NCBI GenBank assembly: GCA_012295275.1
Contig: CM022672.1
Location: 31,372,001-31,436,000 of the forward strand
DNA length: 64,000 nucleotides
Direction of reading: 5' to 3'
From: Chrysomallon squamiferum
Taxonomy: Eukaryota; Animalia; Mollusca
The notes under the pieces are model-generated. The model saw only the letters and a program-made list of their open reading frames with translations, ran no database searches and had not been told where the DNA came from. Shown piece after piece: positions 52,271-64,000 of the stretch (within the stretch, counting starts at the first letter, position 1; each line of letters begins with the position of its first letter). The position numbers were made by a program, and so were the translations under genes.

Positions 52271-53507
52271 ATTAAAATAAAAAAATTAAAAAAAAAAAAA
52301 ATTTTAAAAGAAAAGAGAGAAAGAAAAAAATAGAAAATAAAATATAAAGATGAGAAAAATAAATAAATAAATAAATAAGTAAATAAATAAATAAATGAAT
52401 AAATAAATAAATGAATATAAATAAATAAAATAATAACAAATAAATAATAATAATAATAATAATAGTAATAATAATAATAAAACACACACATACACAAACA
52501 CGTACGCACATATACATAAATAAAAACAAAAGGAATTAAAAATTAAATTAAAACACATTAAAAATGTGTACACAAAGAGGAACAAAATACGCGAAAAAAG
52601 AAACAAACAAAAAATGAACAGGAACAAGTTAATTCGATTTACAGAAAGAATTAGAGCAGATATTTGACACAAACATTTTCTAATGTCGCCATTTTACCCT
52701 ACAAAAAATAATGACGTTTCTGAGACGCACGTGCATTTATTTCTATTAATATTTCAGTATATCCTCGTTTTGAATTTTCAGTATTATTTTTTTTTATTAT
52801 CAATTTTCTTTATTTAATTTTTATTTTCTTTAAAAGTGTCTTTAAACAAATAATGCGGGAATCATTATTTATTAATTTAGAATCGTTTTAAAAATTTATT
52901 CTGCCATATATAAAATAAAAAATAAATAATGGAACGAAAAGATAAATAAACCAGCTGCAGGAAATGATAAAAATATTAACAAAATCAGAAACAACAACAA
53001 CAGTAGCAACAGCAGCAACAACGAAACCACCAGCAACAACAACAACAAACAACAACAACAACAACAACAACAAAAAAAACAACAATAATAATAATAATAA
53101 TAATTTAAATAATTTTTTATTCTGTTACTGATGACAAATTATTTGTGTCCGTCATAAATGGATAATGTCATATTAACTAATTTAATTTTTAATTTTTTTA
53201 AATAAACAATAAACAATATAAAAGAAAACAAATGTTAATTTTCATTATTACTGTGATAATTTCAAAACGTTTAACAATGAAAAAAAAGATGTGTTAAATA
53301 ACAAAAAGAATATTTTTGATGTATTTTTTATTTTTATTTATTTATTTATTCTTAATTTTTTTTTTTTTTTTTTCGGCTTCAGTATTATTTCAAAAATAGA
53401 GTGGAACAAAACATAAATTGCCTATATAAATACATACATACATACATACATAAATAAATAAATAAATAAATAAACAAATAAATAAATAAAACAAACAAAT
53501 AAATATA

Positions 53508-53551
<44 letters not shown>

Positions 53552-53881
53552 AAATAAATAAACAAATCAATCAATAAATAAAAACATAAATATATAAATA
53601 AAAAAAAAAAAAAAAATAAATATTGTTGCTGCTGCTGATGGTAATGCTGTTACTACTGTAACAACAACAATGGATTTAATGATGACGATGATGTTACTTA
53701 TCGTGTTAATAATTAATAATTGCACATTTCTTAATTTTATTCATTAATAAATTTACATTTAAATTTACATTTATAACAAACGCGCTGACTCGCCTAATTC
53801 ATTACCACAGATATGTATTTTTTAGAAACACTATTTAAATATTAGTATTACTAATACTTGTATTATATTCTTCTTTATAAA

Positions 53882-53956
<75 letters not shown>

Positions 53957-54410
53957 CTTGTATTTTCGTATTTTTCGAAATAGAAAATGAATTTGTATAA
54001 TGTATTTTAAATAATAACTGTTTACATGGATAAATAATATGTGCGTTTTTGTCCGTGTGTGTGTGTGTGTGTGTGTGCGTGCGTGTGTGTATAATGTTCA
54101 GCATATTACAGATCGGATTTTTAAAATGTATTTACAAAATTGCAATTATATATATATATATTATGTCTGTGACATAGTAATATTTAATAATGATAAATTA
54201 TTTTATTTATTTATTTATTATATTTATTTTTAGAATTTCATTGTGTATAATGTGTGTCATCGTTCTACAAACCTGAAAACAGTTTAATTAATTAATGTTC
54301 TTTTTCTGTGTTGCTTCCCGATTTTCGATTTTTTTATTTATATCATTCTTAGCGTAGATTCTGAAAATACAAATCTTTTATATTCTAATGCATAATAGTT
54401 GGAAAAACCC

Positions 54411-54612
<202 letters not shown>

Positions 54613-55469
54613 TATTCAATTATTGCTATTATTAAAAATGTTAAAGAAACCAGTATTGATTTCTTAGTATTATTATTCAATGATTAAAATGTTAAAGTAC
54701 AGATTTCTTAGTAATATTATTTTTGTAAGTAGAGTTATTTTAAAATAAAGAAAGAAATATTCGATACTCAAAACGTCATCTTATCCGCAGCATGGAAATT
54801 AGAATGTACTTTCTTAAAAAATAAAATAAAGCGAAAATAAATAAATACAAAAATAGTTTTTATATATATATATATATAAAAATTTCCGTAACTAAATATT
54901 TACAGCATGTATGTATATAAAATTCAATGATCACAGAGCGAAAATAAACACATACGAAAAGAAACAAACAAAATAATACAATAAATACAGTAATACATAT
55001 AAAAAAAACCACAACAAATAAATAAATAAATGAATAAGTAAATAAATAAATAAATAAATACTTAAATAAATAAACAAACAAATAAACAAACAAGCAAACA
55101 AACAAACAAACAAAATTGAATGAATAAATAATAAAAGGACAGAAAAATGATTTTATATTGTTTTTATATTTACGATCGGGAGAATATTTACTTATCTCAT
55201 TGTCACTGTTCCTAAAATTAATGAAAAAAAAATATATTTAAAACAGAGCCGGGGCTCTTTGTGTAATAATTAAATTAATTAATTAATTCATGATATTTTA
55301 TTTGTTAGCAAACCGAGTCACTTTATTAAAGTGTATACTTACCAGTGGTATACATAGAATTCATTGATTGTGTGTCTATAAAATTTGTATATATATATTT
55401 CTACGACTACTATTACTACTGCTACTGCTACCATACTACTACTACTAGTACTACTGCTACTACTACTAT

Positions 55470-55510
<41 letters not shown>

Positions 55511-55654
55511 ATAATAATAATAATAATAATACAGTATTTGATCGCCGATATAGTTATTTATTTCAAACGATACACTTGCACTAGAAAAACAGAAGTGACG
55601 TCATATTATAAAATATTGACTAATTCTGACGTGGGACACACACACACACACACA

Positions 55655-55705
<51 letters not shown>

Positions 55706-56208
55706 TGTATATATATATATAGAATATATATTACTGTGTTGTAAATTTTGTTTACAATTATCTACCGGTATCGGCAAACGAAATAATTTTTATTCGATTG
55801 AATGAAAAATCTGTTTGTGAACTATATTATTGCATTTTGTTTCTTTTATTTATTTACCTACTTATTTATTTAATTAATTCATTATATTTTATTTTCATGT
55901 ATTTATTCATTCATTCATTCATTCATTCATTCATTCACATATATTTATTTTAAGATTAAAAACTAAATTAATTTAACATGTCAAATAAATAATTAGAAAT
56001 ATATAACCAAATCTAAACCATTTATCCTTTTAAGAAAAATGTCTTAAGAAAAACCTTTACGATATATGTATATATCAAAATTATTAAAACATGTCTAACT
56101 AACGTATATTAACATTAAAAAAAATAAAAAAAATGTTTTTGTGTCCTGTTAACAGAATTCTTTTAAAATAAATATCTATGTATAGTATGTGACAAGAATT
56201 ATTTCATT

Positions 56209-56270
<62 letters not shown>

Positions 56271-56649
56271 TTTAGAAAGAAATGTTTGTACGCGTATAAT
56301 TTATCATGTTTAATAGATTGTGCCTTTTTAAAAATATTTATTTTTTTCTGACTTTAAAACTGTAGTTGTGATTAACAGTATAGCACATCCAGGCAAATTA
56401 ATTAAAAAAAATAATAACAATAATAAATAAAATAAAATAAAGATTATAAAAATACAATACTTTTTTATTAGGCGGGAAAACACGACACTTCATTCAAAAC
56501 GCGACTTTGAGTTAAAACTAATTAAACGCGTTCATTAAAGCTTGAAACAGAGTGATTCTCTTTAACTGTTCGTTGTTTCAGTTTCAAAAAATAATAAAAT
56601 AAATCATAAGTCGAAGTAATTAAATATATTATAAATAGAGCAAAGAAAG

Positions 56650-56664
56650 CCTTATAATAGTAGC

Positions 56665-56707
<43 letters not shown>

Positions 56708-56727
56708 AAATATTAATAATAATCATG

Positions 56728-56771
<44 letters not shown>

Positions 56772-56953
56772 CATAATCAAAATCATTATAATGATAATAA
56801 TTAAATAATAATAATAATAATAATCATGATAATAATCATGATAGTGATAATAAAATAATAATAATACAAATAATAATAATAATAATCATCATCATCAAAA
56901 TCATGATAATAATTCAATAATAATAATAATCATAATTATGATAATGATAATAA

Positions 56954-57001
<48 letters not shown>

Positions 57002-57060
57002 CCTAATAATCATAATAAATAAATAAAATAAAATAAATAAACAAATAACTAAATAACCAA
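56650..57060. repeat. (TAG)n/(AAT)n compound microsatellite
   Basis: Direct reading. Confidence 0.95.
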
Positions 57061-57999
57061 ATAATACTGTCAAATAACATAAAAAATTTTGATCGCTGTT
57101 TTCGAGAGCTTTAAGGTTAATGTTAAAGTGTTTGTTAATAATGTAAGAATGTTATTATTAAACAAAAAAAAATCAAACTTCAAACAGTCTTTTTTTTAAT
57201 TTTTTTTATAAAATTGAGAATAGCGAGTGAAGTGATATTTGTGTAAAACAGGAAAAGCACTTAACAGCTGTTCAGGCTTCTAACTAGTTGACAATCTTGC
57301 GAATCTCCGTGGAATTTGCCCGGTAACGTGTCCGGGTCGATATTACGAGTATCCATATCAATAATTGTAATGCAAACGTACCCAACAATTGATTAACATG
57401 CTCGCTCGCGTGTAACACGATACGACGTCATCACCGAACTCGACAACAGCAGAAATAGGAACCATTGTGTAACTCGTCCTACGGCACTGCGAGGGAAATA
57501 ATTATAGAAATTAATAATAATAATATTTTAAAAAAATAATAATAATAATGATAATAATATTTAAAAAAATAATAATATACTATGATAATGTTAAAAAAAA
57601 TTAAAATAATGATAATATTGAAAAAAAAAAGAAAAAGAAGAAGAATGATAATATTAAAATAATAATAATAATAACAATAATAATAATAACAACAATAATA
57701 ATAATAATAATAATAATAACGAAAATATAATAATAAATACGAAAATATAATAAAAAAAAAAAAAAAATATATAAATTCAAAATGAAAAAAAAAAAAAAAA
57801 AATAAAAAATAAAAAAAAAAAAAAAAGATATAAAATAAAAATAAAAACAATAAAGTAAAATGAATAAATAAATAAATAAAAATTAAAATAAAATATAACA
57901 AGATTAAAAATAATAATAACAATAAAAAAAAAAAAAATTAAAAAAGGGTACTGTACAAAAGAATAAAAAAAAAAAAAAAAAAAAAAAAAAAAGAAGAAT

Positions 58000-58400
58000 T
58001 AGGACTCTTTATGGCATATTTCTTGCGTGGAGAAGCTTTCGTTTCCGCTCGCTGGTTTGACGAAAACACCCGAGATTGCAACGTACGCCGAGTGCACGAG
58101 CGAGCGGCTTCGAATGAAACTGGCAAGATTGGCTTGTCTGTTGCGATATTCAATTTCTTCTCACTTCGTCGCTCTTCGGGAGCCATATGCGAAACTGACG
58201 CCAGCTAATTAACCGCGGTTTCAGGCCGGGAAACTAATTAATTCCATTGTACGTCGTAGATTTCCTGATCAAATATCGGACACACTAGTCACGTGACCGC
58301 AGTGAGGGCTGACATTGTGGAAGACACAAAATCCTTGCCAAAGGTCGAACGTATTAATTGATGGAAATGTCAAACACATTTTTCTCCGTTCATTTTAAAT
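58000..58400. promoter_or_regulatory. CpG-rich enhancer-like island
   Basis: TTTATGG, two TAATTAA, perfect GTCACGTGAC (58288-58297) and ATTGATGG...TGTCA within complex, non-repetitive sequence flanked by low-complexity DNA. Confidence 0.4.
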
Positions 58401-58541
58401 CTGGGATATCAAAGGAGAAATGAAAATATTGATACTTCGGTAATCCCGTTTTGAATTAGTTTCAAAGCCGAGCTAAGGTGTTTCTGGTTTTTCTTAGATT
58501 ATTAGAATTATATGGATTATTTTAACGTAAATTACTGTTTG

Positions 58542-58618
<77 letters not shown>

Positions 58619-58744
58619 AATAACAACAACAAAAAAAACAGCAACAACAACAACAACAATAATAATAATGCCTGATATAATTTTGTAATAATAATGTTAT
58701 TACCTCGTAATAATTATATCTATATAAACGTATTTATATCTATA

Positions 58745-58819
<75 letters not shown>

Positions 58820-59569
58820 TAACAATAATAATCATACCTTCAACAGATATCTATATCTATACAAAAGATCTAATCTGTTCGCGTCTCTATTTATCTGTCA
58901 TTTATTACGTAACTGTTTTGACGTCATTGTTTTGTTTCACTGTCATGGTAACATTTCCTTGCAAATTAAACTGTTAATGTACTAAAAAAAAAAAAAAAAA
59001 AAAAAAAATGTAATTTTAGAAATTAAAAAATTAGTTTCTGTTTTTAATTTACTTATTATTTATTTTGTCATATGGAGGTTAACATTAAAGATGGATTTTT
59101 TTTTCTATTATTATTATTCTTTTGTTTTATTTCGTTTCGTTTCGTTGTTGTTTTTTCTTTTGTGGCTTTAAAAAAAAAAAAAATTAATGACGTCATAACA
59201 ATTATATCTCAAGTAAATTGATGACGTCATGCCAGTTTTTTTTATATATATATATATTTTAAAATTTTTGTTATTCCTTACGTTTTTTCTTGCCTATATC
59301 AGTTATCAAATTTCATAATAGAAATATTCTCTGAACTAGTGAACGAATTGGAAATCTAATGTACGTACAAATACACTCAATGAAATAAAATGCTGAATTA
59401 AGACGATGTGTACAAACGGCAACAAATTTATTTATGTTCTTTTTGAGACTACTGGGGTGGCGGCAACGACAGCTACTGCACCATTTCTTTAATACGCCAT
59501 TGATTTGGATAATAATGTTTCATTTGGCATAGCTTAACATATAAGATATAACATAGCTGAGATGTAAGA

Positions 59570-59576
59570 AAATAGC

Positions 59577-59607
<31 letters not shown>

Positions 59608-59633
59608 GCAGTAATAATAACAATAATAATAGC

Positions 59634-59680
<47 letters not shown>

Positions 59681-59710
59681 CAATAATAATCATAATAATA
59701 ATAGTAATAG

Positions 59711-59751
<41 letters not shown>

Positions 59752-59883
59752 GTAATAATAATAATAATAATATAATAATAATATTAATAATAATACCAAT
59801 AATAATAATAATAATAGTAATAGGAATAATAATAATAATAATAATAATAACAATAATAATAGCAATAATAATAATAATAATAA

Positions 59884-59959
<76 letters not shown>

Positions 59960-60030
59960 TAAAATAAATAATAAAATAAAATAAAATAAATAAATAAATA
60001 TATAAATAACTAATAAATAATAAAAATTAA
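59570..60030. repeat. (AAT)n compound microsatellite
   Basis: Direct reading; source of the poly-Y/L ORFs. Confidence 0.95.
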
Positions 60031-60041
60031 ACCTAAAACGC

Positions 60042-60085
<44 letters not shown>

Positions 60086-60891
60086 TCTCTTAATTTTGTT
60101 CATATCCCTAGAAGCAATCTAACCAACCTGGCGACTAACTGAAGGTCAGGTCAAACATTTCTAATTACAGCGGCTCGAATAACGCCTAATGCCCAAACGA
60201 GTTTAATTACAAAATTAATAAAAGAAGTAAATATGCCTGAAAAACACACACACACACAAACAGACAATCACCAACCAACGGTTTAGCGTTGTATCCTTCT
60301 TCTTCTGTTTTTTTTTAAATCCTGCCTCATCGATGCCTTCGTTTTCGCCGGTTCGCCACCACCGGAAGCAACGATTAGCGAAAGTTTTCACAAGATTGTT
60401 TGACGTCCATGTTTTAATTTCCACGACAGGAAATGATAGATCTTGTTAATTCCTCATAACTTCCGGTTATGCCGAAGCTTGCGGCGTGCAGACCAATCAA
60501 TAGCTTTTTACAGTTAATAATTCTTTTCATTAACAATCCTGCTGAAGCTTTATTCAAACAGCGGTTGTTACGTTAATAGAAAGAAAGAAAGAAAAAAAAA
60601 CTTTGTTTACGAATGTAAATCGTGTTACAAGACTCCTGAAGTGTGATTTCTGTTTGTAAACATCATTTACATAGTGGCATTAAAAAATAAAAGAAAGAGG
60701 AGCAAACATTTTGTTATTTTACTTTTTGAACTTTTGAATTTTTTGCTGTTATACTTTACTGTGTTTGTGTTTGATTTTCTGCTATCATTAATTAATTTAT
60801 TTGTTAGTCTGGCTGCTTATCTGCCTAACTTCTTCTTCTTCTTCTTCTTCTGTTATTTCTATTATTTTTATAAACCTCATTGTTGTTGTTG

Positions 60892-60928
<37 letters not shown>

Positions 60929-61091
60929 TGTTCTTGTTGTTGTTGATGCTGCTGCTGCTGATGTTGATGTTGCTGTTGTATACATCTTACTTGATCGGAC
61001 TCTTTTTCTGTCTGTGTTTATCTATCCATCCATCCATCTATTACATTTCTATCTATCTATTTATCTGTCTGTTTCTAATCCCCTCAGACAG

Positions 61092-61159
<68 letters not shown>

Positions 61160-61529
61160 TTTCTCTTCAGATTTCTAACACACAAATGAAAAGTTATAAT
61201 TCAATATTCATCGTTAGACGTAACTTAATTTGACGGGCAGCAGTTTGAGATTAAACTGAGACGTCCAGTGTGAAAGGGGTCAACACTTTAATTCAGGACA
61301 CTTGACTGGTCAAACTGATCAGTGCTGTGTCCACGTATTCAAGTGACCAGTCCATTGTGGACGGTCTGATTAAGATGCGTAGCGGAACTTGCCGCTGTTT
61401 CATCTCAATGGCTAGGATGGGGGGGGGACAATTCGTGACCTCTGACCTACTCCACTCAAATCCACCCGTCTTCTTATAAACAGTCTGTTCCATATTTCTA
61501 TAAATAACTGATTACTTCTTCGTGTGTGC

Positions 61530-61623
<94 letters not shown>

Positions 61624-61862
61624 GTTTTTTTTCATTAAAATTCATTTACTATAAATTAATCGTAGCTAAATTCAGGATTATTTTGGAAACAGGACACATC
61701 CCTCACGAGTTTCTAACTTTAAAGTTTATAAATGAGCTTCTAAAATATTATTTATTTATTTATTTATTTATTTATCTTATTTTGCTGCTATCTGCATTGT
61801 TTAATTCGTAAGTTATTGTTGAATAAGATGCCTTAGGTAAACAATACTTTTTTAAAGGAAGG

Positions 61863-61947
<85 letters not shown>

Positions 61948-62819
61948 TTCTTACTTTATTAATATTATTTTTGAATTAACGACAACAGTAACACAATAAA
62001 AATGACCACCTCGACGATGCTGATGATGTATGTGCACGATGACTACTTTAGCACGTGTAATAAAGTGATACTTCACAGCTACTTCAAAAACATAAATTAA
62101 AATGTCGTGCGCGCGCGCGCTGATGAATTAACAGCGCCACCTGTTTTGTTTTATCTAACTCTTCCTGTCTTTTGTTACAAACGCAGATGTGATCTGCAGG
62201 GGAAAAAAAAAAAAAAAAAAAAATAAAAATAAAAATAAAAAAATAACTGTCCTGTACGATAATAATTTGTGAGTATGATTAATACTGGTTTCTGCAGCTT
62301 GAAAAGCATTTTTATAAAAAAAAAGAAAAAGAAATTACAATTACTATTTGATTCTTAAGTCGGCGAGAGGGAGAGAGAGAGCTGGGAAAATTCTTATTAG
62401 TGTACAAGTATGATTAATGTTGGGTCATCTGCTTCTGGATAAAAAAAAAAAAAAAAAAAAAAAAATGGAAATGAAAGAATTAGAAAAGAAAAAACGAAAA
62501 AAGATAAGGAAAGAAAAAATAATAACCATTAGTCGTTCAGTAGGTAAAAAAATGAAAAATCTTTACAGTATGTGAATGATGTATTTTTTTTTTTTTTTTT
62601 TTTTTTGTAAAAAAGTTAATTTGAATAACATATTAGTCGGTTTAGTCTTTTTTTCTTTTTCTGTTTTTTCTTTTTATCTTTTTTTTTTTTTTTTTTTTTC
62701 TGTTATTAATGTTATTGTGATTGTATGCTTCTTATTATTTTATTCATTAATATGTCATTGCTTGTTACTGTTTATTATTATTGTTATGCTTATTATTATT
62801 TTTATTTATTATTGTTGTA

Positions 62820-63085
<266 letters not shown>

Positions 63086-63245
63086 TGGTGTTGTCGTTAC
63101 TTTTACTGCTGCTATGAAGATGATGAATATTCGTTATTTTCGATGTCGTTGTCGTTTTGATATTGTCAAAACAGTTCCCAAAAATATAATAATGATTAAT
63201 TCAAAATTGTCTTTTTTCAGTTTCGTACTTTGTATTATTAATCAT

Positions 63246-63276
<31 letters not shown>

Positions 63277-63284
63277 TTAATCAT

Positions 63285-63315
<31 letters not shown>

Positions 63316-63454
63316 TACATTTATTAGTTCCTCTTTTAATTCTAGTTTTATAAGGAGCACACGACAATTTTTACAATCACAGTATTTTTTTTTTTTAATA
63401 ATACCATTTCTCTGCAAGATTAAAACTTTCTACGCGAAGAACAAAAAGTCCGGA

Positions 63455-63477
63455 GGGGGAGGGGGAGGGGGAGGGGG
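63455..63477 (+). other. G-quadruplex-forming motif (G5A)3G5
   Basis: GGGGGAGGGGGAGGGGGAGGGGG: four G5 tracts with 1-nt loops inside a CpG-rich island. Confidence 0.7.
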
Positions 63478-63553
63478 TGCGTTGACTATTATTAAGCGAA
63501 CACCGTCGTAAAATGAAGTTCAGACGACTTGTGTTGAGTTGAAGAAGAAGAAG

Positions 63554-63584
<31 letters not shown>

Positions 63585-63957
63585 GCTTTTTGGCTTTGGA
63601 ATAAAATTCATTCGGGGGTGGGTGGGGGGAGAGAGGGGTCAAAGATTCGTGTGACCTTTCCGCGCCTCGAACCAAAAAAAAAAAAAAAAAAGTTCTCTCC
63701 CTTGAGAGCGAGCGACAGAAGCCAGTTACCGTTTTCTGTGTCGACATGGCGAAAAATATTTATGAGGACCAAATGCTCTTGAGCGATTCCTTTTATCAAA
63801 TTTCGGTAACGTTTGGCGATTATCGTCCGGCTTCTTGAAGACTCCAATAACTGCGCTCGCACCACTTGAAATTCGTTGCCTAATAGGCAGGTTGCTTTAT
63901 TAATTATTCATTCCCATCCAATGAATGCGAAATACAATAGACAGAGAGAGAGAGAGA

Positions 63958-63993
<36 letters not shown>

Positions 63994-64000
63994 AGTCTTT

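Noticed and set aside
58121-58335. Partial matches to miR-31 (TGGCAAGAT) and miR-7 (TGGAAGAC) 5' ends
   Set aside because: Matches are only 8-9 nt and there is no precursor hairpin with a complementary arm.
62130-62146. CTCF-like CAGCGCCACCTG (also AAGGTGGCG at ~47121)
   Set aside because: Only half of the core motif matches; not supportable without ChIP data.

Overview
Eukaryotic (animal), very AT-rich and microsatellite-dense genomic DNA, in style most like a mollusc (inference only). Bases ~0.8-41.4 kb hold two tandem, same-strand (+) copies of GPCPD1/GDE5, the glycerophosphocholine phosphodiesterase with an N-terminal CBM20 and a C-terminal GDPD TIM-barrel. I assembled both by hand from GT-AG exons: 16 firm coding exons each, with matching intron positions. 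Copy A (CDS 4524-20525, about 613 aa) is intact. Copy B (26240-41390) keeps all catalytic motifs and shows mostly synonymous divergence, but its first coding exon is one base out of phase with the second, which splits the CBM20 across two reading frames. The linker between CBM20 and the rest of the protein is unresolved in both copies. Introns carry large minisatellites (44 bp, 66 bp, and a 77 bp repeat that copies an exon end plus its splice donor), TIR non-autonomous DNA transposons, and a decayed Tc1 with a nested short retroposon. From ~43.7 kb to the end there is no recognisable protein-coding gene. That region alternates microsatellites with short CpG-retaining islands rich in transcription-factor motifs (CRE, E-box/CLEAR, YY1, homeodomain, nuclear-receptor) and includes an orphan consensus 5' splice site at 52135, consistent with the regulatory or 5' region of a neighbouring gene. 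Nearly all ORFs in the supplied track outside the GPCPD1 exons are repeat artefacts. I found no clearly new biological system; the best leads are the GPCPD1 duplication and the frame-split copy B.
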